Shown: piece by piece, positions 51,469 through 64,000 of the stretch
Position numbering within the stretch: position 1 is the stretch's first letter
Layout of the letters: the number at the start of each line of letters is the position of its first letter
Assembly (NCBI RefSeq): GCF_006345805.1
Contig: NC_042997.1
Coordinates: 18,972,001-19,036,000, forward strand
Source of the DNA: Octopus sinensis
Lineage: Eukaryota
Length of the DNA stretch: 64,000 nucleotides
Direction: 5' to 3'
Made by a program: the position numbers and the translations under genes
Notes under the pieces: generated by a model
Database searches by the model: none
Told to the model about the DNA's origin: nothing
What the model saw: only the letters and a program-made list of their open reading frames with translations

Positions 51469-51716
51469 CATTATTTACTTTATTTACATTTGACGGGTAT
51501 TTGTCCTCATCTTGTTTGTTGTTAACACAACATTTCGGCTGATATACCACCCCAGCGTTCTTCAGGTGTCTTGGGGAAATTTCGAACCTGGGTTCTCATT
51601 TCTAAGATATTTTTCGATGTTGCTGTTATTATTATTATTATTATTCAGGTCACTGCCTGGAATCGAACTCGGAATTTTGGGGCTAGTAGCCCGCGCTCAT
51701 AACCACTATGCCATAC
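51469..51716 (-). mobile_element. tRNA-headed SINE with a hammerhead-bearing tail and 8-bp TSD
   Basis: A-box TGGCATAGTGG (51703-13), B-box GTTCGATTCC (51659-68), (AAT)n linker, HHR, A-rich end. TSD CTGATGAT at 51461-68 and 51717-24. Confidence 0.75.
51524..51570 (-). ncRNA. Minimal type I hammerhead ribozyme (slightly decayed)
   Basis: GACAC CUGAAGA a c GCUG ggguggUAUAU CAGC c GAAA UGU U GUGUU. Stem I 5 bp, stem II 4 bp plus a C.C closing mismatch, stem III palindrome ACGU decayed to AUGU. Confidence 0.6.
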
Positions 51717-51731
51717 CTGATGATGTGGATG

Positions 51732-51771
<40 letters not shown>

Positions 51772-52489
51772 TTCCCATCTACAGTTTCTTTCTTATTCTT
51801 TTTTTAAGAGGAGAGTCATTTTAGTATTTAGATATGAATTTCTGAACTACTCTTACCAAAGCTTCTGTACAACTGCAAGGCATTTTGCTACCTGTAGAGC
51901 AAAATTTAATCAAAAACAAAGTTAAGTATGGTAACTAAACTTCCTACACTTTTCATACTAAACGGAAAGTTTGGTGTGTGTCTATGTGCTGTTGTACATT
52001 TGAATGCTCATGTTTGCATGAGTATATGTATAAGTAATAGGTCTTGTGACTACATATGTGGATTAAAGATATATTACATTCGTGTAATATATTAATAAAT
52101 AAACAGAAGGAAACCTATATTGTGCGGCAGAGTTATCGGTTATCAGATCAATATGGCTGAGAGTAAAGTTTCATAGTTATGAAAGGAACGATCAGCATTA
52201 ATATAATTCAAATAAATGGAAAGGGAAGTTATAGCATGTTTTGCATAACTTACTGCAAAATGTTAATACTGCGAGGAAAAGGGAAAATGTTTTCAAGTAA
52301 GTATTGTATGCAAGTAACAAATTGCAGCATAAATAGTCAATGATGATAATGGTTTCTGATTTAAGCACAAGAGCAGAAGTTTTGAAGCGAGAATTCTTGC
52401 GATTACATTGGCGCTTGTTCTTTATTTCATTGACTCCAGAAGAACGAGGGGAAAAGATAACTTTGGTGGGATTTGAACTCGATGATAAT

Positions 52490-52720
52490 GATGATGGTGA
52501 TAAACTGAGCAAATATAAGGATCTGGAGATTGAAACCGAAAGAATGCAGCATCTCAAAATAACAACATTACCTGCTATTATTGGAGCACTTAGAATGATA
52601 TCAAAACGAGTAAACAGGTATGTGGGACCAAATCCCTGGCAGCCCCCAAATAAGCGAAATACAAAAGATCCTACTTATACCTAATCCGCATATTCTGCGT
52701 GAAATTCTCTTCGTGTAAAT
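52490..52720 (+). pseudogene. R4/Dong-like RLE C-terminal fragment
   Basis: KLSKYKDLEIETERMQHLKITTLPAIIGALRMI. Confidence 0.7.
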
Positions 52721-52904
52721 GCAGCCTTACTCACTCTGTGTTCGTTTTTTCTCCCACAGACATCAATGTTTTCAGCTGCATGGTACCTCGTATATTAGCA
52801 TCTTTAAATGTAAGACCTTGTTGTCCCTTGACGTCTCTGGTTGAGATTTAGGTCCATCTCGTATAAATTAAAGCAATATCAAAACATAACATACTACTAC
52901 TACA

Positions 52905-52947
<43 letters not shown>

Positions 52948-53009
52948 ATAATAATAATAATAATAATAATATAATAATAATAATATTCCACGATAAATAA
53001 CAACCAAAT

Positions 53010-53646
53010 ATCAAAGTGGAGATATGTGTGCAAGGAGACCTGTGAGACCTGATAGCAGGCTGCTATCCACTCTCACGGAATCTACCAGAAGAAACAAGAC
53101 CGAGCTCTCTGAGAATCCAAACAACAACATCAATGGGCGAAAAGGGGAAGAAAAACGTCTCTGGGACTTTAACTTCCAGACTGACAAGGTGTTAGAGCAC
53201 CGAAGGCCGGATATAGTAACCTTTAGTAGGGACAGACAATAGTGCCTAATAATCGACGTGGCGGTGCCAGGAGATCAACATATCATGAAAGAAAGAGAAA
53301 ATATTGATGAATATGGAGACCTGAGAATTGAGATCGCCAATATATGGCAGCTATGAGAGTCAAGCATAAAGTTTGTCCCTGTTGTCATTGGAGCATTGGG
53401 CTCAATACCTCTCAACCTGATGAAAAATCTGGAAACTTTAGAAATACCCTACAATCTAGATGTATTGCAAAAATGGGCATTACCTGGAAGAGCACGCATT
53501 TGGCGTAAAGTACTGTCTGTCTGAGGTCCTTGAGATTTGACAGACAGTAAAAACTGCCGGTAGACACAATATCTTCAATCATGATATTGGTTACTGTCTA
53601 ATAATAATAATAATAATAATATAATAATAATAATAATAATAATAAT
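53010..53646 (+). pseudogene. R4/Dong-like 3' fragment between (AAT)n tracts
   Basis: LWDFNFQTDKVLEHRRPDIV...IIDVAVPGD...YGDLRIEI...PVVIGALG, then UTR and (AAT)n. Confidence 0.85.
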
Positions 53647-55362
53647 GCGGGAATGCGAGATTTAGACTCCTTAGAAGAGCAAAAGTGGGAGGGTATTAAA
53701 GCAAAGGATGTCAGATCCGCTCTCAGGAAGTCAAGCAAATGGAAGTCCCCAGGAAAGGATAAAATTCCTAATTTCTGGTTGAATGCTTATTTAATATAAA
53801 GTGGCATATTCCCTAACAAGTAAAAAGGATGTAAACGTGAGTCCTAAGGTTGTAAAGATCAGCTACTCTTCAATACGATGATCTTGGAAGATTGTCACAA
53901 ACGACACAAAAAACTTGTCAATAGCATGGACAGACTATAAAAAAGATTTTGATAGTCTACCACATAGCTGGATTAAGAAATGTCTGGAAAGGTATAAAAT
54001 AGCACCTCTTCAGCGAAACTTCTTATCTGTAAGTATGAGATCATAAAGAACCACACTGACTTTGAGCAGAGGCAATGAATCTCTTAATGCTGGAGATGTA
54101 AGAATTTCGTACGGCATTTTCCAGGGTGACTCTCGAAATTGTTCGATGATATGCAATACGGTTATAAAATGTTCGATAAAAATATAAATCCTCTCATTTA
54201 TATGGATGATTTAAAGCTCTTTGCAAAAAAAAAAAAAAATTCGAACAACTACAGGGCTTACTAGCAATCGTTAAACTATTCAATGATAATATCAGGATGC
54301 GATAAATGTGTAAAAGCTACCTTTATCAAAGGAAAAGGGGCAGAAACATCCAACGTTAATCTTGACCAGCAGAATGTCATAAAGGAATCAGGACCAGCGG
54401 AGAACTACAAATACCTAGGGGTATTTGAAGTGGACGGAATCAAGCATTAAGTGATGAGGGAAAGGATAAGAAGAGAATCTTATCGCAGGGTAAGGGCAAT
54501 ATTCAAGACAGAGCTGAATGTAAGAAACAGGATCGTAGTGATCAATTCTTTAGCCATACCAGTCGTGACTTACAGTTTCAATATCATTAACCAGTCAATT
54601 ACTGAAATATGTAATTTTGACAGATAAATACGAAAATTGTTGACGATGTATAGAATGACTTTACCTGCCAAGAAAAGAGGGTGACCGTGAACTTTTACTT
54701 CTTGAGCCTACTGAGTATCTCAACAGGCATGATAGAGCAGCACAGTATATTCACTGGGTAATTTTTAAAAACTTGGACCTACTCCATGATAAAAACTCCC
54801 CTGGAACTTTATTCAAACTGATAGAAAGATAGATGCGAATAGGTCAGACATTACATTGAAACACTTCAGACAAAAATCATGCCACCTCATTGATGTGACT
54901 GTCCCAATTGACATAAATGTATCTGTCAAGATCTACCAAACACTGAGCAAATATAAAGATCTTGAAATAGAAATTGACAAAATGTGGAACTTCAAGACTA
55001 AAACAATGTCTGTTGTCATAGGTGCCCTAGGAATGATAGCAAAAGGGGCTGATTGCTACCTAGCTCAGATACCAGGAAACCCCAAAATGGCAGAAATTCA
55101 AAAGAGTGCTCATGGGAACTGCCCATATCCTACGCAAAATACAGTCTATATAATCTCAAATTTTCAAACAAACTCAATTTTCTTATGTCTTCTGAAACAT
55201 TTTCTAGAAAAATACTATGTGCAAAGCCAAATAAATGACACATTGAGGCATAACACAAACATGAACTTGTAACTTGTTGTCTCTTAAGGTCTCTGGGTGA
55301 GACTTGAAGCCAGCTTGTACAAATACAAATCAAAAGTCAAACAAATAATAATAATAATAATA

Positions 55363-55407
<45 letters not shown>
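53647..55407 (+). mobile_element. R4/Dong-like LINE, internally deleted (RT and RLE), flanked by (AAT)n on both sides
   Basis: KWKSPGKDKIPNFWL, AWTDYKKDFDSLPHSW, GIFQGDS, YMDDLKLFAK, YKYLG; RLE LIDVTVPID..KYKDLEIEI..VVIGALG. Confidence 0.88.
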
Positions 55408-55408
<1 letters not shown>

Positions 55409-56471
55409 TGTTTCTTATATAGAAGAGTTATTCAATGAAATCAAGCTCCTAACTTTGATACTTTACTTTATCAATCCTAAAGGAATAAAAATTAAAGGCA
55501 AAACTGACTCAGAACATAAGGAGATGAAACAAAGCCTCGAAGGCCCGTCGATCTTATAATTCATTTAGTTTTGACGTTAAGACCCATTGTAACACACGAT
55601 AAATTTACACATAGGTTAGGGCTACCTGCAACTAATTTTTATTAAGAAATGACCCTGTGGTTTTCAAGATATACTGTTTTCTCTTTCATTCGCTTTTTAG
55701 TAAGGAACTGAGTATATTTACAACTTTCTTTGTTTCAAAACTCTGCCAGATAGACTTTTTCTTGTCAGGTAGTTCATTTCCAATTTATGTCTTTTTAAGT
55801 ACACGCCAGCGAACGAAGGGAAATTCCGACTACTTTTCAAGGAATTAATTCAATCTTTGCACTCGTTGTTTCCCTTGTCGAAACGTGTATCGCCGCTGAT
55901 GTTATGATTGTTGAAATTGTTAATGGTTTCGTTTAAATTGCTCTAAATAATATTATTTTCCGTCATAAAACTTTTAGTTTGTGAATTATGTCTGTGTATG
56001 TATTTCTGTCGAGAAACTGAATTCGCTTTCTTGGTTTCGTCTCAATCGAATTTTAGTTAGTGTTTCTATACGAGGTACCACGTTGTTGATTTACGAGTAG
56101 GAGAATAATATTTTCGTTGGAAATAACATTCCTTTCTCCCTGAACAAGGTAAAATAATGTAAGCAATTACATTTATGCATTATTTTGTAAAGGTTCCACG
56201 TTAAAAAGTTATTTTTCCGCATAATTTCATTTGGTGCAAATTAACGGTATTCAGATGTGAGATTTTTAACATCTCTGCACAACAATAATGAGAATAATTC
56301 CCTTGTTTTCTCAAATGGGTGACACTTGAAGAAATATTAATTTGTTATAAGTGTAGCACAAAAATAAAACAGTTAAATACCATAGCGAAGATAAAAGATT
56401 CTGTGGGTGTAAAATATCCACAATGTGCAAAAGTCATAACAGAAAATATGAAATTTAAACTTATATATATA

Positions 56472-56984
56472 CTAGCAGTATCGCCCGGCGTTGCTCGGGT
56501 TTGTAAGGGAAATAACTATATAAGCATTTTTAGAGAGTTACTTCCCTTATAGATGCCAATTCGGGCTTTCTTAGCCATTTCTGTTTTGGTGTCTTCAAGC
56601 CATGAAGTCGTTGTTCTAAAAGAACGCTGGTCTCCTTGACAACGCTTTACGACGTTGATTTCCTTACACTCCCTTCCCCACAGCTTCACGAGGGAGGGAA
56701 GAAGGGGGAGAAGCAAACAGGTGCAGGTGTGACCATGGACGCCAACTCCGCCGCCATCGACACACGAAAAATTATGCATTAAAATGGAATAAAAAATGAT
56801 GTTAAATTATTTTTAAAATCGTAGACTCATCGTAGACACGCGCTAATACTCAGACGGGCTCGATATGAATCACGACTATAAGATACCCGAATTTGGTTAA
56901 ACTGCACCGCAAAATGTGGGAGTAGTTAGGAATCTAAATCGAAGGGGACAGACACTCACACAACTACAGTTTTATATATATAGA
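56472..56984 (-). mobile_element. Non-autonomous Helitron, 513 bp
   Basis: Minus strand: A|TCTATATATATAAAACTG...CCCGAGCAACGCCGGG hairpin...CTAG|T. Confidence 0.85.
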
Positions 56985-57852
56985 TATACTTGCAGTAATA
57001 CCCGTCGTTGATAGGGCAATTACTTTTTACTCTTTCTCGGAAGCCACATTCAACGTGTTATTATATATTTAGATTTACTCCTCCTGTATGTGTGTATTTT
57101 ATAAGAAAAACATGTAATAATTGAAGTAGAAAAAAATCAATTTCATACTTGAACTTTTTGTTTGTTTCTTATATGACAATAATAAGTGAGCTGTATATGT
57201 TTTTTTATATATCAATACAGCAATGACAATTATATAATACACACGACTTTGGTCGGTACGGAGCCGTAATGAAAGAGAGTTGCCCAACGTGCCACATCAT
57301 CATCATAATTTTTTCGTCTGTCCTACCATGCTTTGATGGGTCGGACCGGTCCTCATAGTTTACATCAGCGTCTATGCATAGTAATAAAAAAAGAAACAAC
57401 CAGCTAACTTTGGTATTGTGTTTGTTTCACACTGTATCGCATCTCCAGCACTAGAGGGTTATCCCGGACGATGTCTAATGCGTTCCACCTTCCCCATGTC
57501 GGTTCTCTTTCTTAATTACTATCTACGTAGACTGGTATCATACAATGAAGCTTACAGTGTCTTCATTTTGCTTGAATATGCACCCCACCACACTCACAAT
57601 ACTGTAATTATGGGCCCAAGTACAGATTACAAATAGTTCTAAGTGTAGAACAATATAAATATTTTAGAAGGCTGGAAAGGGTACAGGATGCTATTTATTG
57701 GGATTTCATTGGTGAATCTCCAGTCATGCAATGAGAGCTACTGGTAAAATATTCTTTTCTACTCTAGGCATAAGGCCTAAATTTTTTGTGTGTATGGGGG
57801 GGGGGAGGCAGTCGATTAGATCTACCCCAGTACGCAACTGGTACTTAATTTT

Positions 57853-58085
57853 TATTATTTCTTTATTGCCCACAAGGGGCTAAACATAGAGAAGACAAAC
57901 AAGGACAGACAAACGGATTAAGTCGATTATATCGACCCCCAGTGCGTAACTGGTACTTAATTTATCGACCTCTAAACGATGAAAGGCAAAGTCGGCCTCG
58001 CCGGAATTTGAACTCGGAACGTAACGGCAGACGAAATACTGCTAAGCATTTCGCCCGGCGCGCTAACGTTTCTGCCTGCTCGCCG
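57853..58085 (-). mobile_element. SINE family B, young
   Basis: Full head to tail with CpGs intact. Confidence 0.9.
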
Positions 58086-58617
58086 CATTACTCCTCGTAA
58101 AATATTGCATACATTATAAAACTCGGGACAATAATAGGATTGTATTACAATTAAGCCAACCGAACATAAAATATGAAAAAATATATAATATTTTAAAATA
58201 TCAAAATAGTTTGAGGAATTTAAAATACTCAATTATGCAAACAAGCAACTGAAACTAATACATATTTAAGTGTTAGCTACAAGACATAGACGAGTAAATG
58301 TCTTCTTAGTAACATAAGACTTAATTTCTTGAGGGAAGTCTCTTCCATTAAATATTCAGTCTTAGTCTTATTATAAATAAGACGTCAATAACTAAAATTA
58401 ATATTAAAAATTTACAGAAAAATTTGAAGAAACTAAATATAATTTTAAAATAATTTAATATCAAGGGGTGGCGTAGGTGTAGAATTATTAGATAGTTTGA
58501 GGGATTCAATAATTCGTTTCATAGAGAGAAAATTGTTGCATGGTTCATGTTTTTTGTAAACTTATTTACATATGTGTGAAGGCGTATTTAGTGATTAAGG
58601 ATATTAGGATCATGGAA

Positions 58618-59068
58618 GGCGGCGAGCTGGCAGAATCGTTAGCACGCCGGACGAAATGCTAAGCGGTATTTTGCCCGCCGTTACATTCTGAGTTCAAATT
58701 CCGCCGAGGTCGACTTTGCCTTTCATCCTTTCGGGGTCGATAAATTAAGTACTAGTTACGCACTGGGGTCGATGTAATCGACTTAATCCCTTTGTCTGTC
58801 CTTGTTTGTCCTCTCTGTGTGTGGCCCCTTGTGGGTAATAAAGAAACAGATATTAGGATCATGGAAGGCGGTGAGTTGGCAGAATCGTTAGCACACCGTT
58901 GCGTTCTGAGTTCAGATTCCGTCGAGGTCGACTTTGCCTTTCATCCTTTCGGGGTAGATAAATTAAGTACCAGTTATGCACTGGGGTCGATATAATCGAC
59001 TTAATCCGTTTGTCTGTCCTTGTTTGTCCTGTCTGTGTTTAGCCCCTTGCGGGTAGTAAAGAAATAAT
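58618..59068 (+). mobile_element. Head-to-tail SINE family B dimer
   Basis: Copies start at 58618 and 58867; TATTAGGATCA occurs before, between and after them. Confidence 0.9.
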
Positions 59069-59916
59069 TATTAGGATCACGGTGGTTAAGTCATCGGTTC
59101 TCTTCTAGACCAGTTCAAGGGTTGTGTCTTTGAGAAAGGCACTGCCTTTCGAAATGCATTGTCTTTTCAACTGAAAATAACTAGTAGTGACATGGTGGCA
59201 ACCTCACAATAGGATTGCATCCTATTCACGGTATGTTTTCTTCATACTTGTTTAAATGCCGTACGACCCGATATAGGCTCCCGTCTAATAAACCTGTAAT
59301 TCGGGACTAACTTATTACCTTCGTATTTTTCTATGACGTTACTTACAAACAGAATTAACTCAATTTTCTTCATTCGTCATCTAATATATGTGTGAAAAAC
59401 ATACATAAGTGCATGACAAACATTTATGTACACTACTATACAATTCAGAATTTCTATCAAGTAGACAACGTTTTACTAATTATATTCCTTACGCTTTAAG
59501 GGCAGAAAAGACAGATTGTATGTCTAAGATGGGATTAAATGTGCTTTTATGCTGAAGGTGTCTTATTTTGAGTGAATTTATATTTAATCCAATGTAATAT
59601 TTAGAGGTTGTACTTGTTTTCATGGTTATACAGTAAGAAGTTCCTTTAGATGTAGTTGGTTGTTCGAAGGAAGATTCATTTAGACGTTTGCAATTATAAG
59701 GCAGTAAAGTTTTAATAGGAAAAGAATTACACAATTTAATTTGGTTCATATTCAAACAAAATTATGCAAATTTGAAGTGCTCAAAATGCAGAGGAGGAAA
59801 CTTTTTATGGATTTAAAAAAATTAAAATCTAATGATTGATATACGGAAAAATATATAATTTTCTTTTTTGCAACAGTTCAAAAAGTATTTAATGGACCAT
59901 CATTTTAGTTGCTCTG

Positions 59917-62900
59917 GTCATTAAATCGTTGTTGGTAGTACACAATATCATGAGGCTGGACGTGAGGGTCAAAATGACCACACTAATAATAATGATTCCA
60001 TATGAAATACGTGGAAAGAGTGAGGACACCTTAACACAAAACTACTCGACAGAATTTTGTGATGTACCTGCTGTGTTTTAGAGTTTAATATCCCGACCTT
60101 TTTATAACATTCAGTCAAACTTCTAGATTCTTCGGCAGAACTACTAGACGGGAATATTCGTAAAACTTATTTTCAAGTCTACTACATATTTGGTTATACA
60201 CCAGTTGATCTAACTAGTCTAACCATTATCATTATCACGCAGGCATTAATGCCTTTTATGGCAATACATTTAATTTCTCGTACCGGATACTTGACTTTTA
60301 TGGCAATGTAATTAGGACTTGGCCCAAAACTCAGGTATGAGCGATGGTCCGAATCTAGGTAGAATCCTTCCTAAAGGTAATTTGTTGAATCGATTTTATT
60401 AGAAAGAGAAACAGAACAAAGGCAATTGCGTGTGTGTGAAACAGTAAAAGCTTCGCAATTATACTCAGTTCAAAAAAGCCCAACTATCTGTAAATTGTAG
60501 GGTAAAAAATTCTTTTATACATATAATATAGGTGATCGCACTTGGCAGGCCAATTCAGGTTCCTGCCATTTTTGATAGTAATGTCTTTTGAGGAGCAATA
60601 GCTTTCAGTGCTGAAGGTGTCTGTATGTATGATTAATTTTCACGTAGGGTGTAAGACGTGTCTTTGAGAGTAATTGTAAAGTTTTTCTTTTATTCTGTCG
60701 ATCCAAACTCTCTTATTTTTCACTGTGGACATCATTTACGAAATGTTTAATGTATATCTGCAGAAGATCATAAGGTACTGTATGTGGTATATTAAAGGGC
60801 GTTTGCACTGCATCATTAGGGACAAAACATGAGATCAAGTACTGATGTCAGTTAGAACATAAATTTTTATTATTTGTTTGGGCAGTTATTTTGATGACTT
60901 GGACATATATTGCCATAGACGATACCTTAAATGATACAAGTTGGCGGTGAAAACGTACTATCATTCATTTGCCGCAAGATGAAAAATCGTAGTACAAATC
61001 CTCTTAGCAACCAACAATTGGGTTAATTCAGTAAATAAACTAGATTCAAACTGCTGGCCCCTATCTGTTGTCAAGACTGGATCCACTCCCACCAAAAATA
61101 AATAGATTAATTAAAACGAAATTCAGTTAAAAAGCAATGCTTTCGCTACTGTTTCAGATAAACCTTCAATACAAATAAACAATCAATACAGGACAACCGA
61201 TAGATATTGACCTGAACATGAGAATAGGGCCCAATAATATCTGTATGTATGCGTTGAGAACATGCATCCAGTGTAGCAGAAGTTCCTAAGTGATCTCTGA
61301 TATGAGAATTAACTTTTGCTTTTTGACAAGATACACGATTCCTAACCCAATGACAAACATTCTTGTTCATCTGTGGCTAAATTAATGAAGTTGAAATGAA
61401 TTTCTCTGTCGCTGTAATTCCCGGGAGATATAAATTGAGAAGAGCAGAAAAACAAATCAAGCGTCTTCGTTTGGCAGGTAAGAAATTAGTCGGAGAATCA
61501 ATTCATATATGATTTAAAAATGATAATAACTAGGTTACGCAACTGATGAAGAAAATAAGCTCCAATGATTGGATATGGAAGATTAAGCTATGATAAAAAC
61601 CAATTTGTAAACGCTACGTAAATTGAAGTTGAATGTCATCAATTTGTCTCCATAAGTTGACATTTCTGGGTGGTTTATATCTTGCAAAGTGACCGCTGTC
61701 GGTTGCCATGTGCTTAAAAAACTGTAAGGCCGAATACTACAGTCACCACGAGTGTCCATGAGAAAATAATATTTCGAAGAAGAATCAAAGAGAAATTAAG
61801 ACCTTCCTATAAGTGCCGGGTGACATGTCCGTTGTTAATCCTTGGCATTTACGTTTTCCACTTGCTTAGAAGCAAATTGAAAGGAATAAAATTGTGTACG
61901 AAAATTCGAGCTGAATTTGTAATGACACCAACACTCAATAATTTTTCTTGCGCGAATTAGAACTAGAGAAATTCGCGCCGAATTTCTGAAACGGAAAGCT
62001 AAATGTGCAGAAAACGTGGTGTTTCAAAACATGTCATTTTTGCTTTCATTGTCCGGATATTTTCCCTTCACTAAACTCACGAAACTCCGTCAACGCTTTG
62101 AAAAAAGGGGAACAAAAGTAGTAGAGGAAACTGAAATGAAATGTCGATAATGCCCTCCGATAATTATCCCTTATTGTTGCCAAAACTTCTTATACAATCG
62201 GCAATAAACGTGACAGGAACAAATGTGTCACGAAAAATTCCTCTTGGGAATTATTTTCTAGAAGTTCCTTCATTCTTTGTAGTAGTGTGAAGGCCTTTTA
62301 TCTCTTAAAGTTTCACTGTGTACAATTGATCTAAACGCTTTTGTTGGGAACTGGACGTGTGTTATAATATCTCTAGTTTAATTTCCTGACACGAAATGAT
62401 ACCTGCAGGAGTTGTGATAAGTCCCTTACTTCACCACTTAAAGCTGTCGGAAGGACGCTTATTAAGAAATTGATTTGGTGAGATTTTGACTAGATTTTTT
62501 TTGCGTCGAAAAGTGTGCTTCCAATTGCATGAAACAAATTACCGTCTCCACTCCACGTCCACGGAAGAGGTGATGAAAAGGATATAGCTACCCGTGACGA
62601 TGGAACAGGAGTTTTATAAGGTGTATGTCATTAAGTCATTGTTGGTAGCACACAATATAAGGTGGGCTGCATTTGAAGGTCAAAATGACCACACTAATAT
62701 TGATATACGTTTCCATATTCTTTACTACGCGGGACATTCATATTTACATATGTACAACAATTATTTAAGTAAAATAGTATATATTAGATAGTGACTCTGA
62801 TAGTTAAGTCTTCATTGTATGAAATAATATATTTATATGTAAAATGTTCATGGATGTTAAATACAGAATAAGTAGAAAGAGTGCGAATACCTTACCACAA

Positions 62901-63030
62901 AACTAACCGACAGAATTCTGTGTAATTGCAGTTGCTCTGTGTGAGAATTCAATATCCTGGCTTTTTATAACTTTCAGTCAAGCTTCTGGAATTTTTGGTA
63001 GAATTATTAAGGTAGGAAAATCAAAAAGAT
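59917..63030 (-). mobile_element. Decayed Ty3/Gypsy LTR element (CsRn1-like), lacking recognisable RT/RNase H
   Basis: Direct repeats ~59917-60190 and ~62627-63030. Gag FMQLEAHF..GEVRD..QQKRLDQL; protease FLMDTRG (61741-65) and PIIGAYFL; integrase CQKAKVNSHIRDHLGT..RIHTDIIGP (61146-61370). Confidence 0.8.
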
Positions 63031-63049
63031 ATGAAGGTAGTAAGCTTCC

Positions 63050-63682
63050 CTGGATGTGCAATGCCAGTATGCATGTACAACAGTGTAAGCGCCTTGAGAG
63101 AAAAGTTGGGCATAAGAGGCAGCAGATGTGGTGTGGAAGAGAGATGACTGTGTTGGTATGGGCATGTGATGCATATGGACCAGGACAACTGTGTAAAGAA
63201 ATACCGATCTCTAACTGTGGAGGGAACCTGTGGAAAGGGTTGGCCTTGTACGAGGTGTTAAAGCATGATCTTCAAACTTACAGAAGCAATGACAAGTGAC
63301 TGAGACATCTGGCAATATGCTGTGCTTGCAAAGACCTGTCAAGCCAAGAGAGATCGTTGTCATGGTCGATGCTGGTATCCTGTAACTGGCACACATGCTG
63401 GTGACATAAAATGATAAGTGACCAAGACATTTGACATTATGCCGTGCTTGAGAAGACTTGTCAAGCCAAGTGAAATCATAATCGTGGCTGATGCTGGTGG
63501 CATGTAAAAAACGCCCATTACACTCTTGGAGTGGTTGGCATTAGGAAGGGCAAAGCAGCCATAAAAACCATGCCAAATCAGATTGGAACCTGGTGTAGCC
63601 CTACAGTTTACCAGTTTCAGTCAAACCATCTAACACGTAAGCCAGCATGAAAAGCAGAAGCTAAATGATGATGATGATGATG
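63050..63682 (+). mobile_element. Old RTE 3' fragment
   Basis: WYGHVMHMDQDNCVKKYRSLTVEGTCGKG, then decayed 3'UTR and (GAT)n. Confidence 0.8.
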
Positions 63683-63687
63683 ATATA

Positions 63688-63762
<75 letters not shown>

Positions 63763-64000
63763 TATATATATATATATATACACGCACACATAAGCAAATA
63801 ATCAATAACAGACAATGGATAAATGTCAGTTCATGAATTGACTTTTATCCATCGTCTGTTTTTATTCATTTGCTTATAATACACCAAAGGGACTCACGAC
63901 ATGTTGGACATACTAGAAAGCAAAGTATGATCAACACAAGGTGTGCTTTGGACCAACCCCTTGTAGGGGTGCTTTTTTTCTCTGTGTGCACAATCTGAAT

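Larger units (their letters stand above)
50530..51735. mobile_element. Large fold-back element (~300-bp arms) carrying nested insertions
   Basis: 50545-50850 is the reverse complement of 51236-51465, for example GGTGAGTTCCAGATAACT / AGTTATCTGGAACTCACC and GTCTACTTCAT.TGTTCTACGCAGAGGGAG / CTCCCTCTGCGTAGAACA.ATGAAGTAGAC. Confidence 0.8.

Noticed and set aside
1643-63815. Dozens of 60-180-aa ORFs rich in YI, CV, HT, LSIY or poly-D/H
   Set aside because: They are translations of microsatellites or antisense/off-frame TE sequence, with no domain evidence.

Overview
AT-rich, microsatellite-dense eukaryotic non-coding DNA made almost entirely of transposon debris. The SINE/LINE families and their (GAT)n tails suggest a coleoid cephalopod, probably Octopus (inference from recall, not a search). 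I can support no host protein-coding gene. Mobile elements: a 3.6-kb 5'-truncated RTE LINE with a PHD finger inside ORF2, many RTE 3' fragments, two abundant tRNA-derived SINE families, R4/Dong-like RLE LINE fragments abutting (TAA)n, three non-autonomous Helitrons, a TA-flanked MITE, a decayed CsRn1-like Gypsy element, a decayed Penelope-like element (PLE) and several fold-back elements. Main result: type I hammerhead ribozyme (HHR) folds recur in several unrelated repeats. (1) A ~495-bp tandem array at 46.5-49.3 kb, next to the PLE and arranged as a divergent inverted repeat, carries one HHR per unit with a greatly expanded, branched stem II; it looks like a retrozyme. (2) A 245-bp fold-back at 24.9-25.2 kb has inverted HHR copies as its arms. 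(3) A tRNA-headed SINE with an 8-bp TSD at 51.5-51.7 kb has an HHR in its tail. (4) Further degenerate HHR-like cores occur elsewhere. All folds were paired by eye and ribozyme activity is untested. The 46-50 kb region shows long-read-type indel noise and needs read-level validation. Boundaries of old elements are approximate.
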